This document shows, piece after piece, positions 21,886-31,770 of a DNA stretch of 64,000 nt. The notes under the pieces are model-generated. The model ran no database searches and had not been told where the DNA came from. It saw nothing but the letters and a program-made list of their open reading frames with translations. The stretch is from contig CBDCTA010000029.1 in NCBI GenBank assembly GCA_965221955.1, positions 352,001 to 416,000 of the forward strand, in the 5' to 3' direction. Every line of letters starts with the position of its first letter. The stretch's first letter is position 1. A program made the position numbers and the translations under genes. Origin of the DNA: Gammaproteobacteria bacterium. Its GTDB lineage: Bacteria; Pseudomonadota; Gammaproteobacteria; UBA4575.

Positions 21886-23034
21886 CTATCTATAAATAGG
21901 TCGTTGGCCAATCTTAGCTTGCACCTCAAAGTTTTTGTTTCTTCGTAGACCACTAATGGTTATTTCAGAATTAGGTTTGCTACTGGCAATTTCATTTTGA
22001 ATGTTTTTTGCATCGCGAATTAGTTCATCATTGAATAATAAAATAATATCTCCAGGACGAATGCCGGCTTTGTAGGCAGGGCTTTGGCGTACCACGCCGG
22101 CAACGAGCGCGCCCGTGCGTTCTTTTAGCCCAAAAGATTCCGCAAGCTGTGGTGAAAGATTTTGTAACTCTAGTCCTAGCCAACCACGAATTACGCGTCC
22201 GTGCTCAATAATTTGCGCCATTATATCACTGGCTAAGCCAATCGGAATGGCAAAGCCAATACCTTGTGAGCCACCAGACTTAGAGAAAATCGCAGTATTG
22301 ATGCCAACGAGTTCACCATATGCATTGATTAATGCGCCACCTGAGTTACCAGGATTGATTGCAGCATCGGTTTGAATAAAGTTTTCAAAAGTATTAATCC
22401 CTAATCGATCTCGTCCAGTAGCGCTGATAATGCCTTGGGTAACGGTTTGTCCAAATCCAAAAGGGTTACCAATAGCAAGTACTACGTCACCTACTTGTAA
22501 CTTGGATGAGTTGCTAATTACTGCTGTGGGTAAGTTTTCTACTGAAATGGTGAGTACCGCTAAATCGGTTTCAGGGTCTGCACCTAAAACATTTGCAACC
22601 ACTGTGTGACCATTCGCAAGTAATACTTCAATTTCGTCTGCATTTTCTATGACATGATAATTGGTAAGCACATAGCCTTGAGCACTCATGATTACACCCG
22701 AACCCAAACTAGTTTGAGTGCGTTGTCGTGGTTGATTTAAATCACCGAAGAAGCGTCTGAAGACCGGGCTGTCTAATAATGGACTTGGTCGAGCAAATAC
22801 TTGTTTACGAGTATATATATTTACCACGGCCGGGCTGGCGCGTTGTACGGCTTGCGCATAGGAAACTGGACCAGAGCCTAAATGATCGGGTTTATCAGAG
22901 TTGTCTTGTAAAAATTCAACTACTGGTCGTTTGTCAATTACATAATCGGGTAAAAAAACCAGCAATAGCACAGCTGCCAAGACACCCACCGCAACGGCTT
23001 GGAATATAAAAAGTAACAACTTGCGTATCTTCAT
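21886..23034 (-). CDS. degS: HtrA-family serine protease with one PDZ domain (DegS-like)
   Basis: TNYHV, DLAVL, GNSGG catalytic triad; N-terminal TM anchor; single PDZ. Confidence 0.88.
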   Translation of the reverse strand: MKIRKLLLFIFQAVAVGVLAAVLLLVFLPDYVIDKRPVVEFLQDNSDKPDHLGSGPVSYAQAVQRASPAVVNIYTRKQVFARPSPLLDSPVFRRFFGDLNQPRQRTQTSLGSGVIMSAQGYVLTNYHVIENADEIEVLLANGHTVVANVLGADPETDLAVLTISVENLPTAVISNSSKLQVGDVVLAIGNPFGFGQTVTQGIISATGRDRLGINTFENFIQTDAAINPGNSGGALINAYGELVGINTAIFSKSGGSQGIGFAIPIGLASDIMAQIIEHGRVIRGWLGLELQNLSPQLAESFGLKERTGALVAGVVRQSPAYKAGIRPGDIILLFNDELIRDAKNIQNEIASSKPNSEITISGLRRNKNFEVQAKIGQRPIYR

Positions 23035-23075
23035 AAGTACGTTAACCTTGTTACCAATAATTTAATTGTTTGAGC

Positions 23076-23840
23076 ATGGTTATGGTGTCTTTGCAAGAAT
23101 TGACAGAATACACAAATAATTTCTTACAAATTGATCAATTTAAAGATTACTGTCCAAATGGTTTGCAGGTTGAAGGTAAAAGCGAGATTCATAGTGTAGT
23201 CACTGGGGTTACTGCAAGCCAGGCTTTAATTGATTTTGCTTGTGATAAAAAAGCCGATGCAATTTTAGTTCATCATGGTTATTTTTGGCGCAATGAGGAT
23301 GCGCGCATCACGGGTATCAAGCGTAAACGTATTGCAGCGCTAATTGAAAATAACATCAGTTTATTGGCCTACCATTTGCCGCTCGATGCACATCAAGAGG
23401 TGGGTAACAATGTTCAGTTGGCACGAATATTAGACATTCAAGTGGATGGTGAGTTGCGTAGTCACTCTAATACGGTTTGCGGAAGTTACGGTCATTTAGC
23501 TAATCCAATGAAAGCTGAACAATTTAAGCAGCAAATTGGCTCCGCATTGCACAGAAAATGTACTCATATCCATGCTGGGTCCACGGATATAACCACAATT
23601 GGTTGGTGTACGGGTGCCGGACAAGGTTTCATTGAGCTTGCTGCACAACAAAATTTAGACGCTTACATTAGTGGCGAAATCTCCGAAACTACAACACATA
23701 TAGCGCGTGAGTCAGGTATTCATTATTTTGCTGCAGGACATCACGCAACTGAGCGTTATGGCGTGCAAGCTTTAGCACAACATTTAGCTAAACAATTTGG
23801 GATAGAACATGAATTTGTAGACGTGGATAACCCCGCGTAA
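23076..23840 (+). CDS. Nif3-like dinuclear metal centre protein (YbgI)
   Basis: DYCPNGLQVEG, VHHG, YHLPLD, GHHATE; start 23070, 23076 or 23082 uncertain. Confidence 0.94.
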   Translation: MVMVSLQELTEYTNNFLQIDQFKDYCPNGLQVEGKSEIHSVVTGVTASQALIDFACDKKADAILVHHGYFWRNEDARITGIKRKRIAALIENNISLLAYHLPLDAHQEVGNNVQLARILDIQVDGELRSHSNTVCGSYGHLANPMKAEQFKQQIGSALHRKCTHIHAGSTDITTIGWCTGAGQGFIELAAQQNLDAYISGEISETTTHIARESGIHYFAAGHHATERYGVQALAQHLAKQFGIEHEFVDVDNPA

Positions 23841-24020
23841 TTAAAGCATTTTTCTAACTTCTACTTGACGAAATTCGGTTCTTGCGCCATCCTACGCGTC
23901 TTTTGTGGGGCAGTGTTCACACAACAAATTTGCACACAAAACTTAATTTAAAAATACATCATTATTCATCATCAGACTAATCACAGTACTTCGTTGAGTC
24001 TAAGCGAGGAGAGTTAGTAC

Positions 24021-24617
24021 ATGGCAAAAGACAACATTGATCAAGGTCGCCGCAAAGCAATTACAGGTAGTGTAGCGGTTGTAGGTGGCATTGGTGCAGC
24101 GGTTGCAACTTGGCCCTTCATATCGAGCATGAATCCTAGTGCAAGTGCGCTTGCAGCAGGTGCTCCAGTTGAAGTGGACGTCAGCAAAATGGAACCGGGA
24201 CAACAAATTCAAGAAATTTGGCGACGTAAACCCGTTTGGATTATTCGCCGTACACCTGAAATGGTCCAAACATTATCTGGCTTAACAGAAAAGCTTCGTG
24301 ATCCAGATTCTAAAGAGGTTTCTCAGCAGCCTGCTTTTGCTCAGAACGAGATTCGTTCTATTAAACAAGAATTCTTAGTGTTGATTGGTATCTGTACTCA
24401 CTTAGGTTGTTCACCTGAATTTAAACCGACGCCTGGTGAATTAGGAGCTAATTGGGAAGGTGGATTTTATTGTGCTTGTCATGGCTCACGTTTTGATTTG
24501 GCTGGAAGGGTGTATAAAAATGTTCCTGCTAATAAAAATTTAGAAGTACCGCCTTATCACTTCATTAGTGAAAATAGAATTTTAATTGGTCTAACCCAAG
24601 ATGAGGCAGAAGCATGA
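24021..24617 (+). CDS. petA: Cytochrome bc1 Rieske Fe-S subunit
   Basis: Tat RR motif, CTHLGC and CACHGS boxes. Confidence 0.96.
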   Translation: MAKDNIDQGRRKAITGSVAVVGGIGAAVATWPFISSMNPSASALAAGAPVEVDVSKMEPGQQIQEIWRRKPVWIIRRTPEMVQTLSGLTEKLRDPDSKEVSQQPAFAQNEIRSIKQEFLVLIGICTHLGCSPEFKPTPGELGANWEGGFYCACHGSRFDLAGRVYKNVPANKNLEVPPYHFISENRILIGLTQDEAEA

Positions 24618-26005
24618 GTGAACAATCAACAGGCTTATTGGGTTGGATAGATGCGCGTTTCCCGCTCAGCAAAATGATGCGGGAGCACTTATCTGAATAC
24701 TACGCGCCAAAAAATTTCAACTTTTGGTACTTCTTTGGTTCTTTAGCACTTCTCGTATTAGTTATTCAAATTTTAACGGGTATCTTTTTAACCATGCATT
24801 ACAAGCCAGATGCCGAGCTGGCATTTGCATCGGTAGAACACATCATGCGTGATGTGAACTGGGGTTGGTTAATTCGTTATATGCATTCAACGGGTGCATC
24901 ATTCTTCTTTATCGTTGTGTACTTGCATATGTTTAGAGGTTTGATGTATGGCTCGTTTAAAAATCCACGCGAATTGATTTGGATTTTTGGCATGCTGATT
25001 TATGTCGCTTTGATGGCAGAAGCATTCATGGGTTACTTGTTACCATGGGGCAACATGTCTTACTGGGGTGCACAAGTCATTATTAACTTGTTCAATACTA
25101 TTCCAGGTTTTGGACAAGAAATTTCTGAATGGTTACGTGGAGATTTTGTAATTTCTGATGCCACATTGAATCGATTCTTCTCGCTCCATGTTATTGCAGT
25201 GCCTTTAGCATTGTTAGGGTTGATCGTAGGTCATATTCTTGCCTTACATGAAGTGGGTTCTAACAACCCTGATGGTGTAGAAATTAAAAAACAGAAAGAT
25301 GCAAATGGCATTCCATTAGATGGCATTCCTTTCCACCCTTATTACACAGTAAAAGATATCTTAGGGGTTGTAGTGTTCTTAGCTATTTTCTCGGGTGTTG
25401 TATTCTTTTGGCCTGAAGTGAATGGTTATTTCTTGGAGCATGCGAATTTTGATCCAGCAAATCCATTAAACACGCCAGATCATATTGCGCCAATTTGGTA
25501 TTTCACACCTTTCTATACAGTATTGCGTGCAGTGCCAAATCCATTTGGTGGATTTTTGCTGATGGGCTTAGCTATTGTCGTGTTGTTTTTCTTGCCATGG
25601 ATTGATCGCAACCCGATTAAGTCGATTCGTTATCGTAGCTTGTTATTTAAATTAAACTTATGGATTTTTGCGATCACGTTTATCATTTTGGGTTACTTAG
25701 GATTGAAACCCGTAACACTTTTGTACTCACAGCTTGCACTGCGTTTTACAGAAGTTTATTTCATCTTCTTTTTTGTGTTGTGGGCTTACAGTAAACCACG
25801 ATCAAGTAGTTTCTGGATCAACAGTTTTATCGTGCTTTTAGGCAGCATCACTTTGTACGATGTATTTGCTAACACTTCAGATAGACCCGAATTGATCTGG
25901 TACACCTGGTTAATTCCTGCGATTTGTTTGTTTATAACTTTGCTGATGCCAATGCTATCTAATTGGGATCGTGAAAAAGAAGTTCCAGAGCGAGTGACAT
26001 CATGA
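24614..26005 (+). CDS. petB: Cytochrome b
   Basis: RYMH...LHMFRG, GYLLPWG, RFFSLH heme ligands; PIWY at the Qo motif. Confidence 0.97.
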   Translation: MSEQSTGLLGWIDARFPLSKMMREHLSEYYAPKNFNFWYFFGSLALLVLVIQILTGIFLTMHYKPDAELAFASVEHIMRDVNWGWLIRYMHSTGASFFFIVVYLHMFRGLMYGSFKNPRELIWIFGMLIYVALMAEAFMGYLLPWGNMSYWGAQVIINLFNTIPGFGQEISEWLRGDFVISDATLNRFFSLHVIAVPLALLGLIVGHILALHEVGSNNPDGVEIKKQKDANGIPLDGIPFHPYYTVKDILGVVVFLAIFSGVVFFWPEVNGYFLEHANFDPANPLNTPDHIAPIWYFTPFYTVLRAVPNPFGGFLLMGLAIVVLFFLPWIDRNPIKSIRYRSLLFKLNLWIFAITFIILGYLGLKPVTLLYSQLALRFTEVYFIFFFVLWAYSKPRSSSFWINSFIVLLGSITLYDVFANTSDRPELIWYTWLIPAICLFITLLMPMLSNWDREKEVPERVTS

Positions 26006-26772
26006 AAATATTAAACAATTTATTTTTATTGCTCACTTTATTGCTAATGTCTTCGGGCATTGCGTGGAGTGCTGGTGGAGGAAGCGGTGTTGATCTCGAA
26101 AAACACTTTGGCAAAGTAAACGTTCAGTTAAGCAACAAAGCTTCTTTACAACGTGGTGCCAAATATTTTGTGAACTACTGTTTAAGTTGTCACCCTGCAC
26201 AGCATAGTCGTTATAAAAGAGTTGCGGATGATTTGGGCGTTCCCGAGACTATGATGATTGAAAATATGATTTTTACGGGACAAAAGTTTGGTGACTTGAT
26301 GACGGTAGCAATGAAGCGTGAAGATGCAGCGAACTGGTTTTTGGGTGTAGACCCGCCCGATTTGAGCACTCATGTACGCGCAATCGGTTCACAAGCGGTT
26401 TATAACTTTTTAATGTCATTTTATGTGGATGATAAACGCCCCTTTGGCGTGAACAATCTACATTTAAATAACACTGCGATGCCGCATGTATTGGCAGATT
26501 TACAAGGCTTACAGCATGCCGATTTTCATAATACACTTGATGGTCATGGTGTAGAGCACAAAGAGTTAAAATTTGAAATAGTTCAGCCAGGCACATTAAG
26601 TGAAGACGAATATAAAAGAGTAGTATCTGATTTAGTTAACTTCTTGGCTTACCTAAGCGAGCCTGCACAACTGATTCGCAAAAAAGTGGGTACTGGTGTA
26701 CTACTATTTCTCGCTTTCTTAGGTGTGCTTGCTTATTTTTTGAAGAGAAATTATTGGCAAGATATCCACTAA
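26002..26772 (+). CDS. petC: Cytochrome c1
   Basis: CLSCH, PPDLS, AMP, C-terminal TM anchor. Confidence 0.96.
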   Translation: MKILNNLFLLLTLLLMSSGIAWSAGGGSGVDLEKHFGKVNVQLSNKASLQRGAKYFVNYCLSCHPAQHSRYKRVADDLGVPETMMIENMIFTGQKFGDLMTVAMKREDAANWFLGVDPPDLSTHVRAIGSQAVYNFLMSFYVDDKRPFGVNNLHLNNTAMPHVLADLQGLQHADFHNTLDGHGVEHKELKFEIVQPGTLSEDEYKRVVSDLVNFLAYLSEPAQLIRKKVGTGVLLFLAFLGVLAYFLKRNYWQDIH

Positions 26773-26814
26773 GTATTTCGCCCATAACTCATACAATAAA
26801 TAAAAGAGATTAAA

Positions 26815-27444
26815 ATGGCCTTAGTTGCAAACCGTCGTTCTGGAATGACGTTATTTTCTGATCCATATTGCGCACAGAGCCACCGTACCCGCATTGTTTT
26901 AGCTGAGAAAGACATCACTGTTGATGTGGTGCATATCGATCCAAACAATAAGCCTGAGGATTTATTAGATGTAAATCCATATAACTCAGTACCAACATTA
27001 ATTGATCGTGAACTTGTACTTTATGATGCGCGCGTAATCATGGAATATTTAGATGAGCGTTTTCCGCATCCACCATTGATGCCAGTAGACCCAGTGTCAC
27101 GTTCTAAATCACGTTTAGCCTTATTTCATATTGAAAAAGACTGGTATGTGCCATTAAGTGAAATCAATTCAGCTGATAGCAGTGTGGCCGATAATGCTAA
27201 AAAAGCATTACAAGAAAGCATTCTATCTACGGTTGAAGTGTTCAGCGCTAAACCTTATTTTCTCAGTGATGAATTCAGTTTGGTAGATTGCAGTATTGCG
27301 CCGATCTTATGGAGATTGCCATATTTTGGTATTAAACTCGGTGCCTCCGCGAAACCCATTATGCAATACGCAGAGCGCGTATTTGATCGGCCTTCGTTTA
27401 GAAGCAGCCTTTCTGAAGAAGAAGTCGAAATGTGGCCTGGGTAG
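26815..27444 (+). CDS. sspA: Stringent starvation protein A
   Basis: GST fold; YLDERFPHPPLMPVDP; follows petC. Confidence 0.96.
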   Translation: MALVANRRSGMTLFSDPYCAQSHRTRIVLAEKDITVDVVHIDPNNKPEDLLDVNPYNSVPTLIDRELVLYDARVIMEYLDERFPHPPLMPVDPVSRSKSRLALFHIEKDWYVPLSEINSADSSVADNAKKALQESILSTVEVFSAKPYFLSDEFSLVDCSIAPILWRLPYFGIKLGASAKPIMQYAERVFDRPSFRSSLSEEEVEMWPG

Positions 27445-27507
27445 TCGCATCGAATATTCTGTCAGGATAAAATAGCCTAACTTCCAAATCTTATTGAGCT
27501 ATTCGCA

Positions 27508-27891
27508 ATGACCTCCAGTCGTCCTTATTTGCTACGCGCTATGTACGAATGGATTGTCGATAATGGTATGACACCCTATGTTTTGGTGGATACGCGAAAT
27601 GACCAAGTTATTATTCCGCGCCAATACGAAGAAGATGGCAAAATCGTTTTAAATATTGGGCCCAGTGCTGTGCAATCACTTGATCTTGGTAATCAGGCGT
27701 TAAGTTTTGATGCAAGATTTGATGGTACTGCCATAGATGTATATGTTCCGATGGAATTCATACTCGCAATCTATACGCGTGAAAATGGTCAAGGCATGAT
27801 GTTTGCGGATGAAGATATGCCGCCGCCAGGGGATGATTCAGAACAAGGTTCGGGTAAGCAAAAACAACCTCACCTTCGTGTTGTAAAATGA
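27508..27891 (+). CDS. sspB: ClpXP adaptor SspB
   Basis: [23 protein letters not shown]-terminal LRVVK. Confidence 0.96.
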   Translation: MTSSRPYLLRAMYEWIVDNGMTPYVLVDTRNDQVIIPRQYEEDGKIVLNIGPSAVQSLDLGNQALSFDARFDGTAIDVYVPMEFILAIYTRENGQGMMFADEDMPPPGDDSEQGSGKQKQPHLRVVK

Positions 27892-28397
27892 TCAAAGTTT
27901 TACAAGACGACATCACAACCTTAAAAATTGATGCAATCGTTAACGCTGCCAACAACAGTTTGTTGGGTGGCGGTGGAGTAGATGGCGCAATTCATAAAGC
28001 TGCAGGACCTGAACTATTAGAATTCAATAAAACTTTGGGTGGTTGTGAAACGGGTGCTGCTAAAATTTCACCAGGCTTTAAACTCCCTGCAAAGTGGATC
28101 ATTCATACTGTTGGTCCTGTTTGGCAAGGCGGTACTCAAGGAGAGCCTGAATTGCTCGCACAATGCTATCAACAAAGCTTTGAACTTGCGCTCGAAAATC
28201 AAATTAAAACCATTGCTTTTCCCGCAATCAGCACAGGTGTGTATGGCTATCCCAAACAAGCTGCATCTGTAATTGCAATGCAACAATTCCGCAACTACGA
28301 AGATAAATTTGATGAAGTAATTGCGTGTTGTTTTAGCGAAGTGGATGTGGAGATTTATGAGGGGATACTTAACAATAGTTTTAAGGCTGCTGTCTAA
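27888..28397 (+). CDS. Macrodomain O-acetyl-ADP-ribose deacetylase (YmdB/MacroD-like)
   Basis: [33 protein letters not shown]; ATGA overlap with sspB. Confidence 0.93.
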   Translation: MIKVLQDDITTLKIDAIVNAANNSLLGGGGVDGAIHKAAGPELLEFNKTLGGCETGAAKISPGFKLPAKWIIHTVGPVWQGGTQGEPELLAQCYQQSFELALENQIKTIAFPAISTGVYGYPKQAASVIAMQQFRNYEDKFDEVIACCFSEVDVEIYEGILNNSFKAAV

Positions 28398-28413
28398 ATC
28401 TTAAAAAGATACT

Positions 28414-28443
28414 GTGTCATTACGAGCGCAGCGAAGCAATCTA
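28414..28443. repeat. Solitary REP/RPE-like arm (GTCATTGCGAG...GCAATC family)
   Basis: TGTCATTACGAGCGCAGCGAAGCAATCTA resembles a widespread palindromic repeat family as I recall it; no partner arm seen nearby. Confidence 0.5.
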
Positions 28444-28461
28444 GTCATCATAAGATCCGCC

Positions 28462-29203
28462 TTAGTTTTTTCGCTTAACACCTAGTAACTTTGCGAACCC
28501 CCATTTCCTAAAACCAAGCATCATTGCAACCCCGCTACGCTTGTTTGCAGGAATTTTTAAATCATTGCTAATTAATTGATCAAAGTATCTTGTAACTTCG
28601 TCTAATTTCTCATGCATTTTATGAATTGCTCCGTCAGTAAGCATTCCTCCAACAAAATGAAGTTTCTCATCTTGATGAGAAAATTTTGTTTTCAGAAATT
28701 CAGTTAAAATTTCTTGATTGAAAAACTTTTGTACCGGTCCCATCATCGGACCATTTAAAGTTTCGAGCTGTTAATAAACGTATACGATTAAATGGTAATA
28801 ATTCAATGAGACCTATCTTTTCAAGTTTTATAAAATGCTTATTGAGCTCGGCTTCTGAGAAATCAAACGTATCCTTAATTTCATGCTCCTTCCAATGATT
28901 AAGAACAAGGTAGGTAACTAATAACAACCTATGGTCATTCACAAATTCTTTTTCTTGTTGCAATGTAAGTTGTGTAATCAAAGGTTGTTGCAGCTCAGAG
29001 TCTAAAACGATTTCTTTTATGTCTAAACCTAACCAATTACATAATGTTTCTAGTCGATTTAGTGATAACCCTGCAGTGGAAAATAATCTCCTTATACTGG
29101 GTTCACTGAGGTTCAAAATCTCAGCAGCATCAGCATAGGTCTTACCTTGAGTTCGAATCCGCTTCTTTAGAGCAATGTGAATAGCTTTGCTTTGAACAGC
29201 CAT
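28462..29203 (-). CDS. XRE/Cro-type HTH transcriptional regulator, ~246 aa, split by one frameshift
   Basis: N-terminal HTH (TYADAAEILNLSEPSIRRLF); removing one base from CCC 28739-28741 joins ORFs 28700-29203 and 28462-28746 as ...FKWSDDGPVQKFF... Confidence 0.85.
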
Positions 29204-29205
29204 AA

Positions 29206-29267
29206 TGTATTATATATTGATACAAATATGTCATATATTGCAAATATTTAGATAATAATTGCAAATA
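29206..29267. promoter_or_regulatory. Candidate operator array in the divergent promoter
   Basis: Imperfect palindrome TGTAT-N9-ATACA (29206-29224); ATATATTG at 29212 and 29233; ATTGCAAATA at 29237 and 29258 (21-bp spacing). Confidence 0.45.
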
Positions 29268-29313
29268 ATGAGACAAACCGGAAATATGCTCTCAGATACA
29301 AGGGAGTATTTGC

Positions 29314-30045
29314 ATGAGTCTATTTGTCATTATTGTCTCCATCGGGGTCAGCATGATTATTATCGAGAGATTGTGGCCAAACGCTCTGTTACCCGAAACA
29401 CCTCGCTGGTGGGTAAGAGCCCTTATATTTAATTTTGCCCAAGCACTAATCAGTTTTATCGCTGCAGTTACTTGGGACAAGTGGTTTCCATTTTTTACAT
29501 TGTTTGAAATTGATGCACTTCCTAATGCAATACAAATCCTCATTGGCTACATTACAATTACATTTATCTATTACTGGTGGCATCGTGCGCGACATGAAAT
29601 TCCATTGCTGTGGAATGTGTTCCACCAAATTCATCATAGCCCTGCAAGACTAGAAGTAATCACCAGCTTTTATAAACATCCACTAGAAACATTCGTAAAT
29701 GGATTGTTATCCAGTTGGTTGTTACATAGTTTGTTAGGTGTGACTCCAACCGTTGCAGCCACGGTTGTAATGATCACTGGTCTTGCTGAATTCATTTATC
29801 ACTGGAATATACGCACACCTTACTGGTTAGGGTTTTTGTTTCAGCGTCCAGAAAGTCATCGTGTGCATCATCAACATGGGCTTCATCATTTTAATTATTC
29901 GGATTTACCAATTTGGGACATGTTATTTGGGACATTCAATAATCCTAAATCAACGCCTAAACAAACGGGATTTGAAATTAATGATGAATTACAGCTTAAA
30001 ACCATGTTGCTTGGAAAGTCTGTTGTTAATAGGAGACTAACATGA
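29314..30045 (+). CDS. Sterol desaturase / fatty acid hydroxylase superfamily membrane di-iron enzyme
   Basis: His boxes HRARH, HQIHH, YHWN, HRVHH and WDMLFGT; GGGAG RBS. Confidence 0.92.
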   Translation: MSLFVIIVSIGVSMIIIERLWPNALLPETPRWWVRALIFNFAQALISFIAAVTWDKWFPFFTLFEIDALPNAIQILIGYITITFIYYWWHRARHEIPLLWNVFHQIHHSPARLEVITSFYKHPLETFVNGLLSSWLLHSLLGVTPTVAATVVMITGLAEFIYHWNIRTPYWLGFLFQRPESHRVHHQHGLHHFNYSDLPIWDMLFGTFNNPKSTPKQTGFEINDELQLKTMLLGKSVVNRRLT

Positions 30046-30530
30046 AACATAAAATAATATTTTTATTCTTAATATTTATAGGCAGTGTACGTGCAGTTGC
30101 TGATATCGGTGGGTATTCAAATGTATCTTCGTTTTTCTCATTATTTAATGCATCACCTGCAATGAAAGTGTTCACGGCACATAATAATTATGAGACTTTT
30201 TCACCAATTTTTATGCTCGATTTTCATGGAGACAATGGTAGTTCGACATCTATTGAATTAACACCAGAACTCTATAGAAAATTAGAAGGCCCTTATAATC
30301 GAAGAAACATATTTGGTGCAGCCATTTCCTATGGTCCAGTACTTGTGAGCAATCAAAATACAGCGGATTTATTTTACAGTGTTGTGCAGTATAGTTTTTG
30401 TAAACCAGGGAGACTGATTAATGAATTAGAAATTAATGTACTTGATGACGTGCGCAAAGTTACGGTTCGTTATCTACATCAGGAAAATGTAAATACTGAT
30501 TATCCCTGTTCAATTGGAGGTGGACTGTGA
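30042..30530 (+). CDS. Hypothetical exported or membrane-anchored protein
   Basis: Hydrophobic N-terminus; ATGA and GTGA overlaps couple it to both neighbours. Confidence 0.8.
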   Translation: MKHKIIFLFLIFIGSVRAVADIGGYSNVSSFFSLFNASPAMKVFTAHNNYETFSPIFMLDFHGDNGSSTSIELTPELYRKLEGPYNRRNIFGAAISYGPVLVSNQNTADLFYSVVQYSFCKPGRLINELEINVLDDVRKVTVRYLHQENVNTDYPCSIGGGL

Positions 30531-31766
30531 ATAACTCTAACTGGACTGCCGGTATGTTCGCAATTTTTAGAGTTCTACTAGGATTGTATTTAATTGTGCA
30601 TTTTTTACATTTGGTACCGTGGGGTACAGAAGTATTTGGGGACAATGGAACGCTATATAGTTCATCAGTTAGTCCACTCATGGGCATCATGCCAAACCCG
30701 CTTAACATATTAGGAGAGAGTTACTTCATAAGTTTATTACTTTTGATTGGTGCAATAAGTGGAACACTAATTGTATTAGGTAAGTGGGACCGCATAGGAG
30801 CTGCCATATCAATGGTTGTATTAGCATGGCTCTATCAACGCAATCCTTTGATTGCAAATCCTTCATTACCCTTACTTGGTTGGATGTTGCTTGCTTATTG
30901 CATTATTCCTTTAGGTGGAATTGGCCGGGCATTTACTAAAAATGGAGATACGACTGATTTTAACTGGCGATTGCCGGGCTCTGCATGGTGGGCAGCATGG
31001 ATCGTATTGGGTGTAGCTTATACATATAGTGGATATACTAAGTTATTAAGTCCGTCGTGGGTGGACGGTTCTGCTATAAGCATTGTTCTAGAGAATCCAT
31101 TAGCAAGAGACTATTTTCTAAACAGTTTTTCTTTTATCGTTAGACCCGTGGTTTTTAAAAGGACTTACCTGGGCAATTACATGGATTGAACTATTATTTC
31201 TTCCTCTAATTGCTTTTAAGTCAACACGCTTTATTGTATGGGCATTGATGTTGATTGTGCAGTTTGGCTTTCTTTTCTTACTTAACTTTGCAGATTTAAC
31301 ATTTCCAATGTTGCTTATCCATTTATTGCTCTTTGACCCTCAGTGGATTACACCAAAGCCGAATAAAAAAGAAACGATTTTCTATGATGGAAATTGTGCA
31401 TTGTGTCATTCTGTTGTACGTCTTGCATTGTCTGAAATGCCCAAAGAACGATATATTTTTTCACCGCTTCAAAGTAAAACGTTTGAAAATGCAATTCCGG
31501 AAAATGTGCGTGCACAGTTACCCGATTCCTTTCTCGTGCTTACAAGTGACAATAAAGTGAAAGTCGAATGTGATGCAGTTTTGCACGTGCTTCGAAGCTT
31601 TGGGGGACTTTGGTACTTATTAGGAACAGCTTTGAGCATTTTACCTAAAGCGTTATTAAATTTCGGATACCGGTTTGTTGCGAAAGTAAGATACCGGCTA
31701 TTTGGTATTAAAAGTAATTTGTGCCCGATAGTACCAACTGAATTCCGAAAATTATTTGTAAGTTGA
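30527..31766 (+). CDS. HTTM (vitamin K-dependent carboxylase-like) membrane domain fused to DCC1-like (DUF393) thiol-disulfide oxidoreductase, ~412 aa, one frameshift
   Basis: FRVLLG start, YTYSGYTKLLSPSWVDG, ELLF, then YDGNCALC and FVAKVRYRLFG; removing one T from run 31126-31130 joins ORFs 30527-31189 and 31245-31766. Confidence 0.8.
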
Positions 31767-31770
31767 AATT

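Noticed and set aside
23865-23893. Possible petABC promoter TTGACG-17 bp-CATCCT
   Set aside because: The -10 match is too weak to report as a feature
28462-28746. Separate 94-aa gene
   Set aside because: It is the C-terminal part of the XRE regulator after a one-base frameshift
31245-31766. Stand-alone DUF393 gene
   Set aside because: Weak TTG start inside a TM segment; its frame stays open upstream to the T-run, so it is the tail of the HTTM fusion
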